A DNA stretch of 64,000 nt from a virus (lineage: Duplodnaviria; Caudoviricetes): positions 96,001 through 160,000 of IMG/VR virus record IMGVR_UViG_3300014204_013734; one strand, written 5' to 3'. Made by a program: the position numbers and the translations under genes. The notes under the pieces were generated by a model that was not told the origin of the DNA, did not search any database, and saw only the letters and a list, made by a program, of their open reading frames with translations. Shown piece by piece: positions 1 to 8,711 of the stretch. The number at the start of each line of letters is the position of its first letter. The first letter of the stretch is position 1.

Positions 1-3000
1 AACCCCGGAAAGGTTACGAAGCGTCCGATTTCAACTACATGGCGGGAATGGTTGCCGGGGCCGTAATTGCCCCTCTACATGCCCTCCAGAAAATGATGGA
101 CAGAGAACGAGATGCAGGAAAGAAAGCTTTCCTGGAAGGACCTGACATGAAAAACGCGGACTGGCAACCTGGGAAAAAAGATGAAGAAGGCTGGGAAGAA
201 GGCAAACGCGTCCCCGACACCATCACGGAAGGGGAAGGTAGTTTGATCCCGAACATCCTTGAACGGTTAGCAATGCTGTCCGATGACTGTAACGGTTTGC
301 TGGCCCGTTACGAAGAAGGCGTTCCGGCCGACCCGACGGAAAATATGTCACCCGAAGATGCCAAGGAATGGAAGGAACAGAACGAAGAACATCGGGACGA
401 ATTCAAAAAGGCCTTTGACGCCCTTACCAGCAAGGCACAGGAAACGAACACCTTGGCTACTCTTGAACGTCTTGCCGCCAACAAAAAGGCCAAGCATCGT
501 TCCTTGAGTGAAATTGCCGACGAAATCACTAGGGATTGGCCTTCCGTGAACTACGCCGCCAAACCGTATCTCAATGCAATGAAAAGTCTTGACCAAATTA
601 CGGAAACCTACGGGCAGGACCCCGCGAAATCCATTGTTGCTTATTTTCTGTCCAACGCTACCTCGTGGAAAGGCGAAAAAGCAAAAGCCGTCAAAGCTGA
701 GCTAAAAGCTCTCCTGAAAATACGGGGAGCGTCGGAAAAGACAGCTTCCGACAACACCGTTTCAATTATGAAGGAATTTCTTGACCGGGATTGGCCGGCG
801 GTTGAAAAGGCAGTATCCGAATTGGATTGGGACGAAGCGACAAACACCTTGAAACGTATCCAAGGTGTTTACCATCATTCCGCCGGACTGGACAAAAATG
901 TCATAGACATGCCGGATACGAAAGCATTAGGGCACATCCGAATGCTCTTGGATGCGTTTAAGACGAAAGACGAAAAAAAGATCAAAGAGGACATGGAAAG
1001 CCGCGGTCCGGTGATGGTCAAGGAATGGAAGACCAATATCGGGAAATACAAATGGCAAGCAGGATTCCAAGGAGAAGAAATCAAAAACCTGTCCGAACAG
1101 ATCGTTTCAAAGGCATTTTCCGAACTTGGCGGACCGAGCGGTTGGGATGTCAGACAGGTATTTTTCAAGGAAGGTCCTGAAGCAGCCCAAAAAGCGTTTG
1201 ATGCAGCTCTTATTCGCCGTCACAAGACTTCTTCCGAAGAAGATGGTGAAGATGGAATTGAAGCCCGATATGAAGAAGGGGTTCCCGCTGACCCAACGGA
1301 AAACATGACGGAAGAAGATGCCAAGGAATGGCGTCTTCAAAACCTGAAGAACAAAGACAACTTCAAGGGATCCTGCGTATCGGAAGAAACAGACGGTTTG
1401 CTGGCCAAGTACGAAGAAGGCAAACCTGCTGATCCAACGGAAAACATGACGGAAGAAGATGCCAAAAAGTGGAAAAACAACACGGAAGAACACAAGAATG
1501 AGTTCAAGAAGGCTGATTCTCACAACGTCATTTTTGTGTCTGTACGGGCCAAAAAATTGGAAGGGCTTGCTCCTGGTACAGAAATCAAATTCCCTTGGAA
1601 ATCGGAAGAAGGGGATCTTGTAACATGCTGCCCTTACGCAGCAGTTGTTCAAAGATCGGAATCTTCATACCTAACCCGCATTCAGGAACGACAAGGTTTC
1701 CAAGCGGAAATGATCCTTACCCTCCAACAACCACCTAACCTGAAGAATCCCGCCAGGTGGGAAAAAGACCTGAAAGCATATCTTGACAGTCCTGGGGGAA
1801 CCGTTGAAATCCTGAAGAATCCCAGGAAACCCACAATTTGGTCCAACGGGATTCCCATTACCAAAACCGCTGCCACGGGTCCGGACAAGACCGGACGTAA
1901 CTGGATGGAATTCAACGAAAAGTTGGGGCACTGGTGGGCATGGAACGGAAAACCAGGACCAACATTCAGGGTGACTGAGGTCCCTGGGCCAGGCATTCCC
2001 TTGTATCAGTTGCAAATGTTGATGGACGATGGGAAACTGTTGAAATTCCGCCATCAGGAAAAAGATCTGAAAAGGGCATTCACCTTTGCATCCGCTTTCT
2101 GGAAAACGCTCAACAGCGAAGCAGGGGGCTTGATAGATCTGACTCATCATTGGTCGCGCATTGCTTCCAACGAAGTTGAATCCCGGTTTGAAGAAGGCGT
2201 CCCGGCCGATCCAACCGAAAATATGACCCCCGAGGACAAGGCCAAGTGGGAAGCCATGAACGAAGAACACCGAGACGAATTCAAAACTTCGTCCAGGAAC
2301 GACACCCAAAAGAAAACCTTGTCCGACACCAGGACTTTACCTGAACGCAAGCCACAGGGGCAGCCAAGCACCTTTTCAACTGATTCCCGGCTAGCTTCTG
2401 CAGCCCCGTCTGGTCTCTATGGTCACACGAAACGAATTCAGGCGGATTGTGAAGCCTGCATCGGGAAACTTTCCAGGGCAGCGGAACGCATCGCCAAAAA
2501 TGCTTGGCGGAAAGACGAACAGGTTGCTCCGTTCCTTGCCGCCCACGCAAAACGGTCGGGAAGCCTTCCTGCCGCCATCTTGGTCGACGCTATGACAGGG
2601 ATCGGGCCGAAAATTGCGTCCAACACGGAAACCGTCATTGCTTCCGGGACTGCCCCTTCCGGTCTGAGTGATTCACAGGAAAGATTGTGGAACAGTTTGT
2701 GGCAGTTGGCCGTGAATGACGGGAATGCCTTCAGGGCAAATGAACCGAAAAAAGCGGTTAACGATTCCTATGATGCCTTCCGAGATCAAGCGGTTGAAGA
2801 CCTGATCTGGGAATTACGGGATGATTTCAAGAAGATACGTGCTCCGATGGTGCAAGCGTTACAGAACCATTGGCTGAAATCAAAGAAGGCGGGTTCAGCG
2901 AAGCACGGTCTTTACGGATTCAGCCTCAAGACTTCAACCCTAGGTATGTCTTCCTGCACAGCGATCCATGAACTGGCCGGCCATCTTGCAGCGGACCTGC

Positions 3001-3167
3001 ATTCCCGCCGAGCCGACCGGCACGCCAACATCACCGATTTCTTCAAGAAACACGGCAAAGAAACGAAATGTGCCAGATCAAGGCTTCTGCTGAGCTGTTA
3101 TCCTGATGCCGGAAAGACGGCGTCAGTCCCAAATTCGGTTGAGGGTTGGTTGAAATTTGACGTGTGA
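1..3167 (+). CDS. Modular repeat-containing protein (probable virion/head-cargo polyprotein), likely 5'-truncated by the window edge
   Basis: Frame is open from base 3 through the ATG at 39. Contains four 36-aa ARYEEGxPADPTENM repeats and a duplicated GLYG domain. Modules are separated by KTAS/RIAS/RLAS/KIAS/KTAA/KKAG linkers. Confidence 0.8.
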   Translation, partial: PRKGYEASDFNYMAGMVAGAVIAPLHALQKMMDRERDAGKKAFLEGPDMKNADWQPGKKDEEGWEEGKRVPDTITEGEGSLIPNILERLAMLSDDCNGLLARYEEGVPADPTENMSPEDAKEWKEQNEEHRDEFKKAFDALTSKAQETNTLATLERLAANKKAKHRSLSEIADEITRDWPSVNYAAKPYLNAMKSLDQITETYGQDPAKSIVAYFLSNATSWKGEKAKAVKAELKALLKIRGASEKTASDNTVSIMKEFLDRDWPAVEKAVSELDWDEATNTLKRIQGVYHHSAGLDKNVIDMPDTKALGHIRMLLDAFKTKDEKKIKEDMESRGPVMVKEWKTNIGKYKWQAGFQGEEIKNLSEQIVSKAFSELGGPSGWDVRQVFFKEGPEAAQKAFDAALIRRHKTSSEEDGEDGIEARYEEGVPADPTENMTEEDAKEWRLQNLKNKDNFKGSCVSEETDGLLAKYEEGKPADPTENMTEEDAKKWKNNTEEHKNEFKKADSHNVIFVSVRAKKLEGLAPGTEIKFPWKSEEGDLVTCCPYAAVVQRSESSYLTRIQERQGFQAEMILTLQQPPNLKNPARWEKDLKAYLDSPGGTVEILKNPRKPTIWSNGIPITKTAATGPDKTGRNWMEFNEKLGHWWAWNGKPGPTFRVTEVPGPGIPLYQLQMLMDDGKLLKFRHQEKDLKRAFTFASAFWKTLNSEAGGLIDLTHHWSRIASNEVESRFEEGVPADPTENMTPEDKAKWEAMNEEHRDEFKTSSRNDTQKKTLSDTRTLPERKPQGQPSTFSTDSRLASAAPSGLYGHTKRIQADCEACIGKLSRAAERIAKNAWRKDEQVAPFLAAHAKRSGSLPAAILVDAMTGIGPKIASNTETVIASGTAPSGLSDSQERLWNSLWQLAVNDGNAFRANEPKKAVNDSYDAFRDQAVEDLIWELRDDFKKIRAPMVQALQNHWLKSKKAGSAKHGLYGFSLKTSTLGMSSCTAIHELAGHLAADLHSRRADRHANITDFFKKHGKETKCARSRLLLSCYPDAGKTASVPNSVEGWLKFDV
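303..2288 (+). repeat. Four dispersed 108-bp/36-aa repeats (303-410, 1263-1370, 1404-1511, 2181-2288)
   Basis: [AS][RK][YF]EEG[VK]PADPTENM[ST]xED..xW...N.....xFK is read four times in the translation. Confidence 0.95.
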
Positions 3168-3179
3168 AAGCACTTGGAT

Positions 3180-3220
3180 TGAAAAAGCCCCGTCCAATTG
3201 AAATGGACGGGGCTTTTTCA
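3180..3220. terminator. Bidirectional rho-independent terminator
   Basis: tgaaaaagccccgtcca-attgaaa-tggacggggctttttca is a perfect 17-bp inverted repeat with A/T tails, lying between convergent genes. Confidence 0.92.
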
Positions 3221-3235
3221 TATTTGGGAAACCGT

Positions 3236-4279
3236 TCAGAAGGATCCTTCTTCCATTGCCCTAAGGACACATTCTTTCGTAAAGGACATAAAGGCAGAAA
3301 CCCGAGCAGCGGGCATCCCTTGGTCCTTGGCAATTTCCGTGACGGTCCGTCCTTCCGCCTTTTGACGGACAATATTCATACACTTTGGACAGGATTCAGG
3401 ATCCCTTGCCCGAAGAACCCCTTCAATCCGAGTCCAGAACGATTCATATTCCATGACTTCCGCAGCGGTGACGGCGTTCCGATCCACAACGTCAAAACTG
3501 GCGAACTCCGCCATCCGATCACTGGCCCACAAGACTTGCAGGTCGGAATGCTCATACATGATGTCATCTCTGCCGACCCGTTCCCGTTCGGTCCTAGCCC
3601 CCAGAAGAGACCTGGAAACAGGTTCCGTACCGGAATCACGGCAATCGTTGTAAGCGGAACGAACAGCATACGTAGCAATAAGGCTGTCACTGATCTTCAG
3701 TCCGGCGAAAATACGTCCGGCAAGGGCATCCCGATGAATGAGCCGCATCAAACAGGTCTGGACGTGGTCATCCACAATCCCGATTGCAACGGACATCTGA
3801 AGCTTCGCGGAAACCGTTCGCCGAAGGGTCTTCATAAAACCCCCATTACAGCCCCCAGTTAAGGCTAGGCGACGTTCCAAGAACAAAGCTGTGGGATTTG
3901 CCGCCCCTTGAAAACAAGGGTCTGAAAGACGAATTCCGTCAGGGGTAAGCCCCCAGAATCCCGGATCCCCCTGAACGGTAATAGGAAAAGGGTTTCTCCG
4001 GTCTGTCCCGTTCAGGAAAGCTTCTGAAACGGTTTTATACAGCCCGCTTCGGGGGTTGCCAAAAAACCAGCCGATTTCGTGACTTCCAAAATCAGACAGG
4101 TTTTCGGGATTCATTCCGGTCCGGTGTAAGGTTTCCCGGATGACGGTTTCACAAGGAACAAATTTTCCGGGGCAACCTTTTGTTTTGTCCCGAAGGGTTT
4201 CAAGAAGAGGTTTGAAAAGGACTGTTGTTGTGGGGGGTTTGATTTCAAGGAAGGACGGGAAATCAGTGTCAAGGCGCAT
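3236..4279 (-). CDS. Sigma-70/ECF-like factor with N-terminal winged-helix-like domain
   Basis: Region 2-like segment DDHVQTCLMRL...IATYAVRSAYNDCRD; C-terminal HTH GRTVTEIAKDQGMPAARVS; GFWGLTPDG wing-like motif. ATG at 4279 is preceded by AAGGAG (the track ORF starts at 4507). Confidence 0.6.
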   Translation of the reverse strand: MRLDTDFPSFLEIKPPTTTVLFKPLLETLRDKTKGCPGKFVPCETVIRETLHRTGMNPENLSDFGSHEIGWFFGNPRSGLYKTVSEAFLNGTDRRNPFPITVQGDPGFWGLTPDGIRLSDPCFQGAANPTALFLERRLALTGGCNGGFMKTLRRTVSAKLQMSVAIGIVDDHVQTCLMRLIHRDALAGRIFAGLKISDSLIATYAVRSAYNDCRDSGTEPVSRSLLGARTERERVGRDDIMYEHSDLQVLWASDRMAEFASFDVVDRNAVTAAEVMEYESFWTRIEGVLRARDPESCPKCMNIVRQKAEGRTVTEIAKDQGMPAARVSAFMSFTKECVLRAMEEGSF

Positions 4280-4390
4280 GACGGGATCTCCTTCAGGCAA
4301 CCACAAAAGGGTCACCTTGGTTGGGGAATAGGAACAAGCCAGCACGATGGACAGGGTTTTTTCAAACAGGTCCGGGTGTCGGCAGTCAAC

Positions 4391-4420
4391 ATTTTGCCAC
4401 AACCTTAAAGGCATTGTCAA
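4391..4420 (-). promoter_or_regulatory. Candidate host sigma70-type promoter for the minus-strand sigma-like gene
   Basis: Minus strand reads TTGACA-N18-CAAAAT with TGn immediately upstream of the -10 hexamer. Confidence 0.5.
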
Positions 4421-4524
4421 GCAAAAAATCCCGGTGAAATCCTTATAGAAATGTCTTGGCAGGACTTTTGAAGGAGGCTTCAATGAAGCATTGCGAATTA
4501 CGGGCAATCAAGCGGGAACTGAAG

Positions 4525-5508
4525 ATGAATAAGCTGGCTTCAGGACGTGTAGCCTTGCGCTGGTTCCTGGCGACGGTCAACACGACTGAATATGACCAGT
4601 TTCTTCGCTTACAGGTTCTGGAAGGCGCCGCAGGCGTTCCCGTGGATACTTGGTGGAGGGATGGTTGGAAGTCTGCAATCCGGCAGATGGAAGACAAATT
4701 TGCCGGAACCAACATAAATCCGGCCTGGTTGGACCCGAAAAATTCCGGTATGTTCGGAATTGTCGAATCCGCCCTCAATTCCGCCATCAGGAAATACAAA
4801 CTGAGTGCGGATCCGGATGAATTCCTTGACCATGCCCTTATGGGCTTGTCGCCGGACTTGACCAAAATCAGGGAAGTCCGTCCAGCTTGGCATGCAGGCA
4901 TGAAAGGTTCTGAAGGAATCAAATCAGGGAAAGAAACCCCAAGGTCCATCGGGGCAGGGCCCCTTGCTACGTACCTTATCCGTTTCGTAAAGCGGGAATC
5001 AGACAAGATTCACAGCTTGATGATAGATTCTCCTGAAACCGACGAACGTCCCATTGATTACGCGGACACCTCGGCCGAGGAATCTTCCGCCGGGTCTTTC
5101 CTTACGAAACTTGTGTTTGAAGACATGGATGACCCCATGGGGAAGAGAATCCGGGAATTCATGAAGAAAGTTTGGAAATCAAAATATCCCGACATGGTCA
5201 CATGGTTGACTATGTTGGAAAAGGGAACCCTTCCAAAAACCAAACAAGATTTTGCTAAATCCATCAACAAAGTCCCTGAACAACTTCAGGATATCTTTAA
5301 CCCGGCATGGAAAACCTTCGCAAAAGCCCTTTGGTCAGGATCAGGTGAAGCTAACAAGCTTTTGGAAGACCTTGAATTGTATTTTATGTCTAAAAGGGTC
5401 CCTTGGTTCTATTCTGAAGACCAGCTTCTTGAAGTCACCAGACAGAAAGTCCTGAATGAAGTTGAAAGACTTCGTCCAACCCACAAGAAATCTTTTTTGT
5501 GGGTTTAA
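4525..5508 (+). CDS. Sigma-factor-like protein with N-terminal RVALRW tag
   Basis: ADPDEFLDHALMGL...LATYLIRFVKRE resembles sigma region 2; KTKQDFAKSINKVPEQL is HTH-like. Start uncertain (4456/4483/4525). Confidence 0.45.
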   Translation: MNKLASGRVALRWFLATVNTTEYDQFLRLQVLEGAAGVPVDTWWRDGWKSAIRQMEDKFAGTNINPAWLDPKNSGMFGIVESALNSAIRKYKLSADPDEFLDHALMGLSPDLTKIREVRPAWHAGMKGSEGIKSGKETPRSIGAGPLATYLIRFVKRESDKIHSLMIDSPETDERPIDYADTSAEESSAGSFLTKLVFEDMDDPMGKRIREFMKKVWKSKYPDMVTWLTMLEKGTLPKTKQDFAKSINKVPEQLQDIFNPAWKTFAKALWSGSGEANKLLEDLELYFMSKRVPWFYSEDQLLEVTRQKVLNEVERLRPTHKKSFLWV

Positions 5509-6290
5509 AGATTTTTCTTGACTTTTTCTTGAAGGGATGACAACATCCCTTTTGTGTTTAGTTGTTTCACCCAGGTTCACTGAAAACTTTTCAGGTTGTC
5601 GTTGGAAACATCCCGGTAAGCTTTTCCTTTCTTTCAGGAAGGCCCGCACTCGGGACATAGGAAGGAACCTCCAAAGGGTTTGGAATCCTTTCTGGATCCA
5701 ATGATCGGGAAACCGATACGGAAGCCATTGAGCTAAGCAATCGCCGTCAAACAAACCTGGGTGTTGAAAATCAAACCTTTCCTTGGAAAACTTCACCTGA
5801 GTCCCAAGGAAAGAAAAGGATGCAAAGTCCACGGCGTGTCCTTCCGATCCTGTAGTTAGGATCAATGGACCCGGGGAAAGGTTTTAAGGAAGATCAGGTG
5901 GTCTTCCTAACCGTTAAAACCGTTTCCTTCAAACTCGTCGTAAACCCTTTTTCCTTCAACCCCCTTTCCCCCAAGAAAGAAAAGAAGAAGGAAGGAAAGT
6001 AGGGAGCCCGTAGGGCGACCGTGGCAAAAGAAATAGTTACCTAACGGTTAATGATTCTGATGATTCTGGTTTCTTTGATTCTGAAATTGAAGTTGTTACT
6101 GTTCCTGTAAGCTTTCTTGGTTAAATTAGTACGGATGATTGTTTACCTGTTTCTTCTTGTCGTTTCAGTCCTTAGAGTAAGGGATGGAACTAGACAATCT
6201 AAAATTGAGGATCCCCTGGATCCAAGGGTGAGGTGTATTTAAAAATAGTCCCTTGATGGATTTCCTATGGTACTTCCTTAATTGGAGGTC
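5509..6290. other. Long non-coding, hairpin-rich region; candidate replication origin and/or structured ncRNA
   Basis: No credible ORF. Several stem-loops, a pyrimidine/purine inverted tract, three TGATTCTG repeats, and an apparent A+C-rich to G+T-rich switch across it. Confidence 0.45.
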
Positions 6291-6293
6291 ACT

Positions 6294-6740
6294 ATGGAAA
6301 TCCTGGTTGAAAATGAAATCAGAAATCTTGCCGTAGGGTGCCTGCATGTTATTTACGGAAGGGCTTCGGTAGAATTTCCTACGTCTACCAGAGCACATCC
6401 GTCTTATTGGGTTTTCGTAGGGTTAAACTTCTTTGGACCCTTGTCAGATGAATACCGAACGGTATTTCCTTTCCGTGTTTGGTGGAAAGTTTGGAAACAG
6501 GTTATCGTTCCGGTTGTTAAGGATTCCTGGAATCAAAACATATCTCTTCCAGGGACTTTGGATGACAAACTAGAAATCCTGATAGCAGAACTTACGAACC
6601 GATTACGTCTATCAGGAATGATTCCTGATAGCCCTTCCGTAGAAATCCCGGATAATCAAGTAAATCCTACTCAAGCAGGTTTTTATGGGAATGCTTGGTG
6701 GGTTAGACTCCACTTCAAGTTGGAAGACCTGTCTGAATGA
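6294..6740 (+). CDS. Hypothetical protein
   Basis: ORF with GGAGG Shine-Dalgarno before ATG 6294. Confidence 0.65.
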   Translation: MEILVENEIRNLAVGCLHVIYGRASVEFPTSTRAHPSYWVFVGLNFFGPLSDEYRTVFPFRVWWKVWKQVIVPVVKDSWNQNISLPGTLDDKLEILIAELTNRLRLSGMIPDSPSVEIPDNQVNPTQAGFYGNAWWVRLHFKLEDLSE

Positions 6741-6816
6741 AAATGAACAAGTTAGCTTGTCAGGTTCTTCCTTCCTTGATTGCTGGTTCCTCTTCTTTTG
6801 GGCTTGTTAGGAAGGT

Positions 6817-7023
6817 GTGAGCATTGTGAACGAAAAATCTCAAGAACCTAAGAAAACCGTTTGGATTGCCTGCCGAGCGACGGAAGGTTGTAACGGCAAT
6901 CTTGCCATTATTGAACAGACTTTTGATCACCTGCTTTCAAACGGGCAGAATTCCATAAACAGCGGCGTTTCTATCCGTTACGTCTGTCAGACGTGTGGGC
7001 GGGCATTCCACGTAACACGTTAA
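6817..7023 (+). CDS. Small zinc-ribbon protein
   Basis: CRATEGC...CQTCG motifs; AGGAAGG upstream of the GTG start. Confidence 0.7.
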   Translation: MSIVNEKSQEPKKTVWIACRATEGCNGNLAIIEQTFDHLLSNGQNSINSGVSIRYVCQTCGRAFHVTR

Positions 7024-7064
7024 GGGTACGCTTTCCGGGTAACTTTTCCCGGAGGTGGTTAACC

Positions 7065-7673
7065 ATGTCTTCTTGCATACTCTTTCACGGTCCCGGAGCC
7101 CGTTCGGCCGCTTTATCGGAAGCATCCAAGATAGGGGTTCTGATAGCCCCTCCTTTCGGGGATGACGGGCTTAAAACCGGAACGGCACGGGAAATCGTTT
7201 TGCTTATGCAGGATACTCCTGTTGGGTCTTCTGTTGGGACTTTGGTAATTGGGCCAATGGATGCCGACAGAGCCAATCCAAAGGCATGTGATGTCCTGTT
7301 GAAGTGTTTGGAAGAATTTGACGATGCTTTAGTTCAGCCCATCTTGTGGGCTTCGGACTTGGGTAGTGTCATTCCTACGATCCGGTCCCGTTGTTTGGCC
7401 CGGTGGGTTCGGGATATTCCTGTTGTCGACGAAGAATTGGAAGACATCGTGGCTGAACTGGTAGAAGCAGTCTTGTCCGACCGTTTGGCTAAAGTTTCTG
7501 CTCTTGTTCGTAACGTGGATTCAAAAAAGTTACCCGACCTGATTGGGATGATTGCCGATCATCTGGTAGGGGACCCTGCTGGGGTTGCCTTATGGGAACG
7601 GGTCAGGAAAGTTGCCATTTGGAAGAACCCGACTGTTGTTGAATTGGTCGGGGCCTTGGTTGGGGGCGCTTAA
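7065..7673 (+). CDS. holB: DNA polymerase III delta'-like clamp loader subunit (shortened)
   Basis: ANPKACDVLLKCLEE and IPTIRSRC (SRC motif); degenerate P-loop; GGAGGT SD. Confidence 0.75.
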   Translation: MSSCILFHGPGARSAALSEASKIGVLIAPPFGDDGLKTGTAREIVLLMQDTPVGSSVGTLVIGPMDADRANPKACDVLLKCLEEFDDALVQPILWASDLGSVIPTIRSRCLARWVRDIPVVDEELEDIVAELVEAVLSDRLAKVSALVRNVDSKKLPDLIGMIADHLVGDPAGVALWERVRKVAIWKNPTVVELVGALVGGA

Positions 7674-7675
7674 AA

Positions 7676-8647
7676 ATGGGGAAGGTTCCTGTTTTTGCCG
7701 TGTCCGGATCGGATGATTTCCATCGTTTGCGTAATTTGTTGCGATTGATTACCGATCATCAGGAAAATGGTTGGAAAATCGATCGTATTAACGGTACTTT
7801 GGCTTCTGATCTTCGGGCGGCTTTGTCGCAAAATTCCGTTTCCTTCATGGCTGCCGGTCCCATCCTGGTAGTTGTAGATTCACCTGAAAAGGCGGATTTA
7901 GGGATTCTTGAAGCCCACTCCAAAAAGAAGAGTTCCGATACGGTCATTCTCCTTCATTACGAAGGGGATCCGAAGGAAAACACAAAGTTTGGCAAGTTTT
8001 TGAAGGGGTTGGGAAAACAGCATAGGAACTACCCTTCACCCAAGGAATGGGAAGCTGACCAGATTGCCGCGGATTTCGTCGTGTCGGAATTAAAGACTCT
8101 TGGAAAGACAATTGATCCAAGGTTGGCGGCCGCCCTTGTTGCCAAGGTTGGTTCGGGTCTTGGGTTCCTTTCCTTTGAAATCAAAAAGATTTCCACGTTG
8201 GCGGATGCCGATGGAATCACGGAAATAGATGCTGTCAGGATTAAAGGAAGCATAGCTCCTTTGGCGGAGACGGCAATTCAGCCGATTGTTGCAGCTCTTG
8301 CTCGTCGGGATGTCAAAGCCTTGGCCGGGCATTTGGATCGGTTGAAGAACACCTGCAAGGATGACCAAACGATACGGTTATGCAGAATCTTGTTTGATGG
8401 GGCTTCCAAGTGGCTGGCGGTTGCTGAATTTCGGGATCGGGGCGTTGGGCAGGACGAATCCGCAGCCGAGATGGGGGTCAACCCGTGGTTTTGGAAGAAC
8501 AAAGTGGTTCCCCAGGCAGGCCACTGGACGCGCCAGGAAGCCGCTAGGCTGATTATCAAGCTGGGGGACGCTGAAAGGGCTGTCCTATCGGGACAAATCA
8601 ATCCTTGGGCTAAATTGGTGGCGGGATTGCTGGAATCTTGTCGTTGA
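7676..8647 (+). CDS. holA: DNA polymerase III delta subunit-like protein
   Basis: 323 aa; N-terminal GSDDF; ...LVAKVGSGLGFLSFEIKKI...; C-terminal MGVNPWFWKN...QAGHWT...LGDAERAVLSG matches HolA architecture; adjacent to holB-like gene. Confidence 0.75.
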   Translation: MGKVPVFAVSGSDDFHRLRNLLRLITDHQENGWKIDRINGTLASDLRAALSQNSVSFMAAGPILVVVDSPEKADLGILEAHSKKKSSDTVILLHYEGDPKENTKFGKFLKGLGKQHRNYPSPKEWEADQIAADFVVSELKTLGKTIDPRLAAALVAKVGSGLGFLSFEIKKISTLADADGITEIDAVRIKGSIAPLAETAIQPIVAALARRDVKALAGHLDRLKNTCKDDQTIRLCRILFDGASKWLAVAEFRDRGVGQDESAAEMGVNPWFWKNKVVPQAGHWTRQEAARLIIKLGDAERAVLSGQINPWAKLVAGLLESCR

Positions 8648-8711
8648 AATCTTAATTGAGATTCCCTTTCGGGATTCTGCTTTTTGTCTATCACCAAACG
8701 GAGATCAGAAC

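Noticed and set aside
3164-3862. 232-aa + strand ORF after the first gene
   Set aside because: Crosses the terminator and overlaps the minus-strand sigma-like gene
5341-5865. 174-aa minus-strand ORF in the intergenic block
   Set aside because: Non-ATG start, overlaps the upstream gene, no motif; region looks structural
8655-8690. Hairpin plus T-run between holA and nrdJ
   Set aside because: Stem is short and mismatched; not a confident terminator
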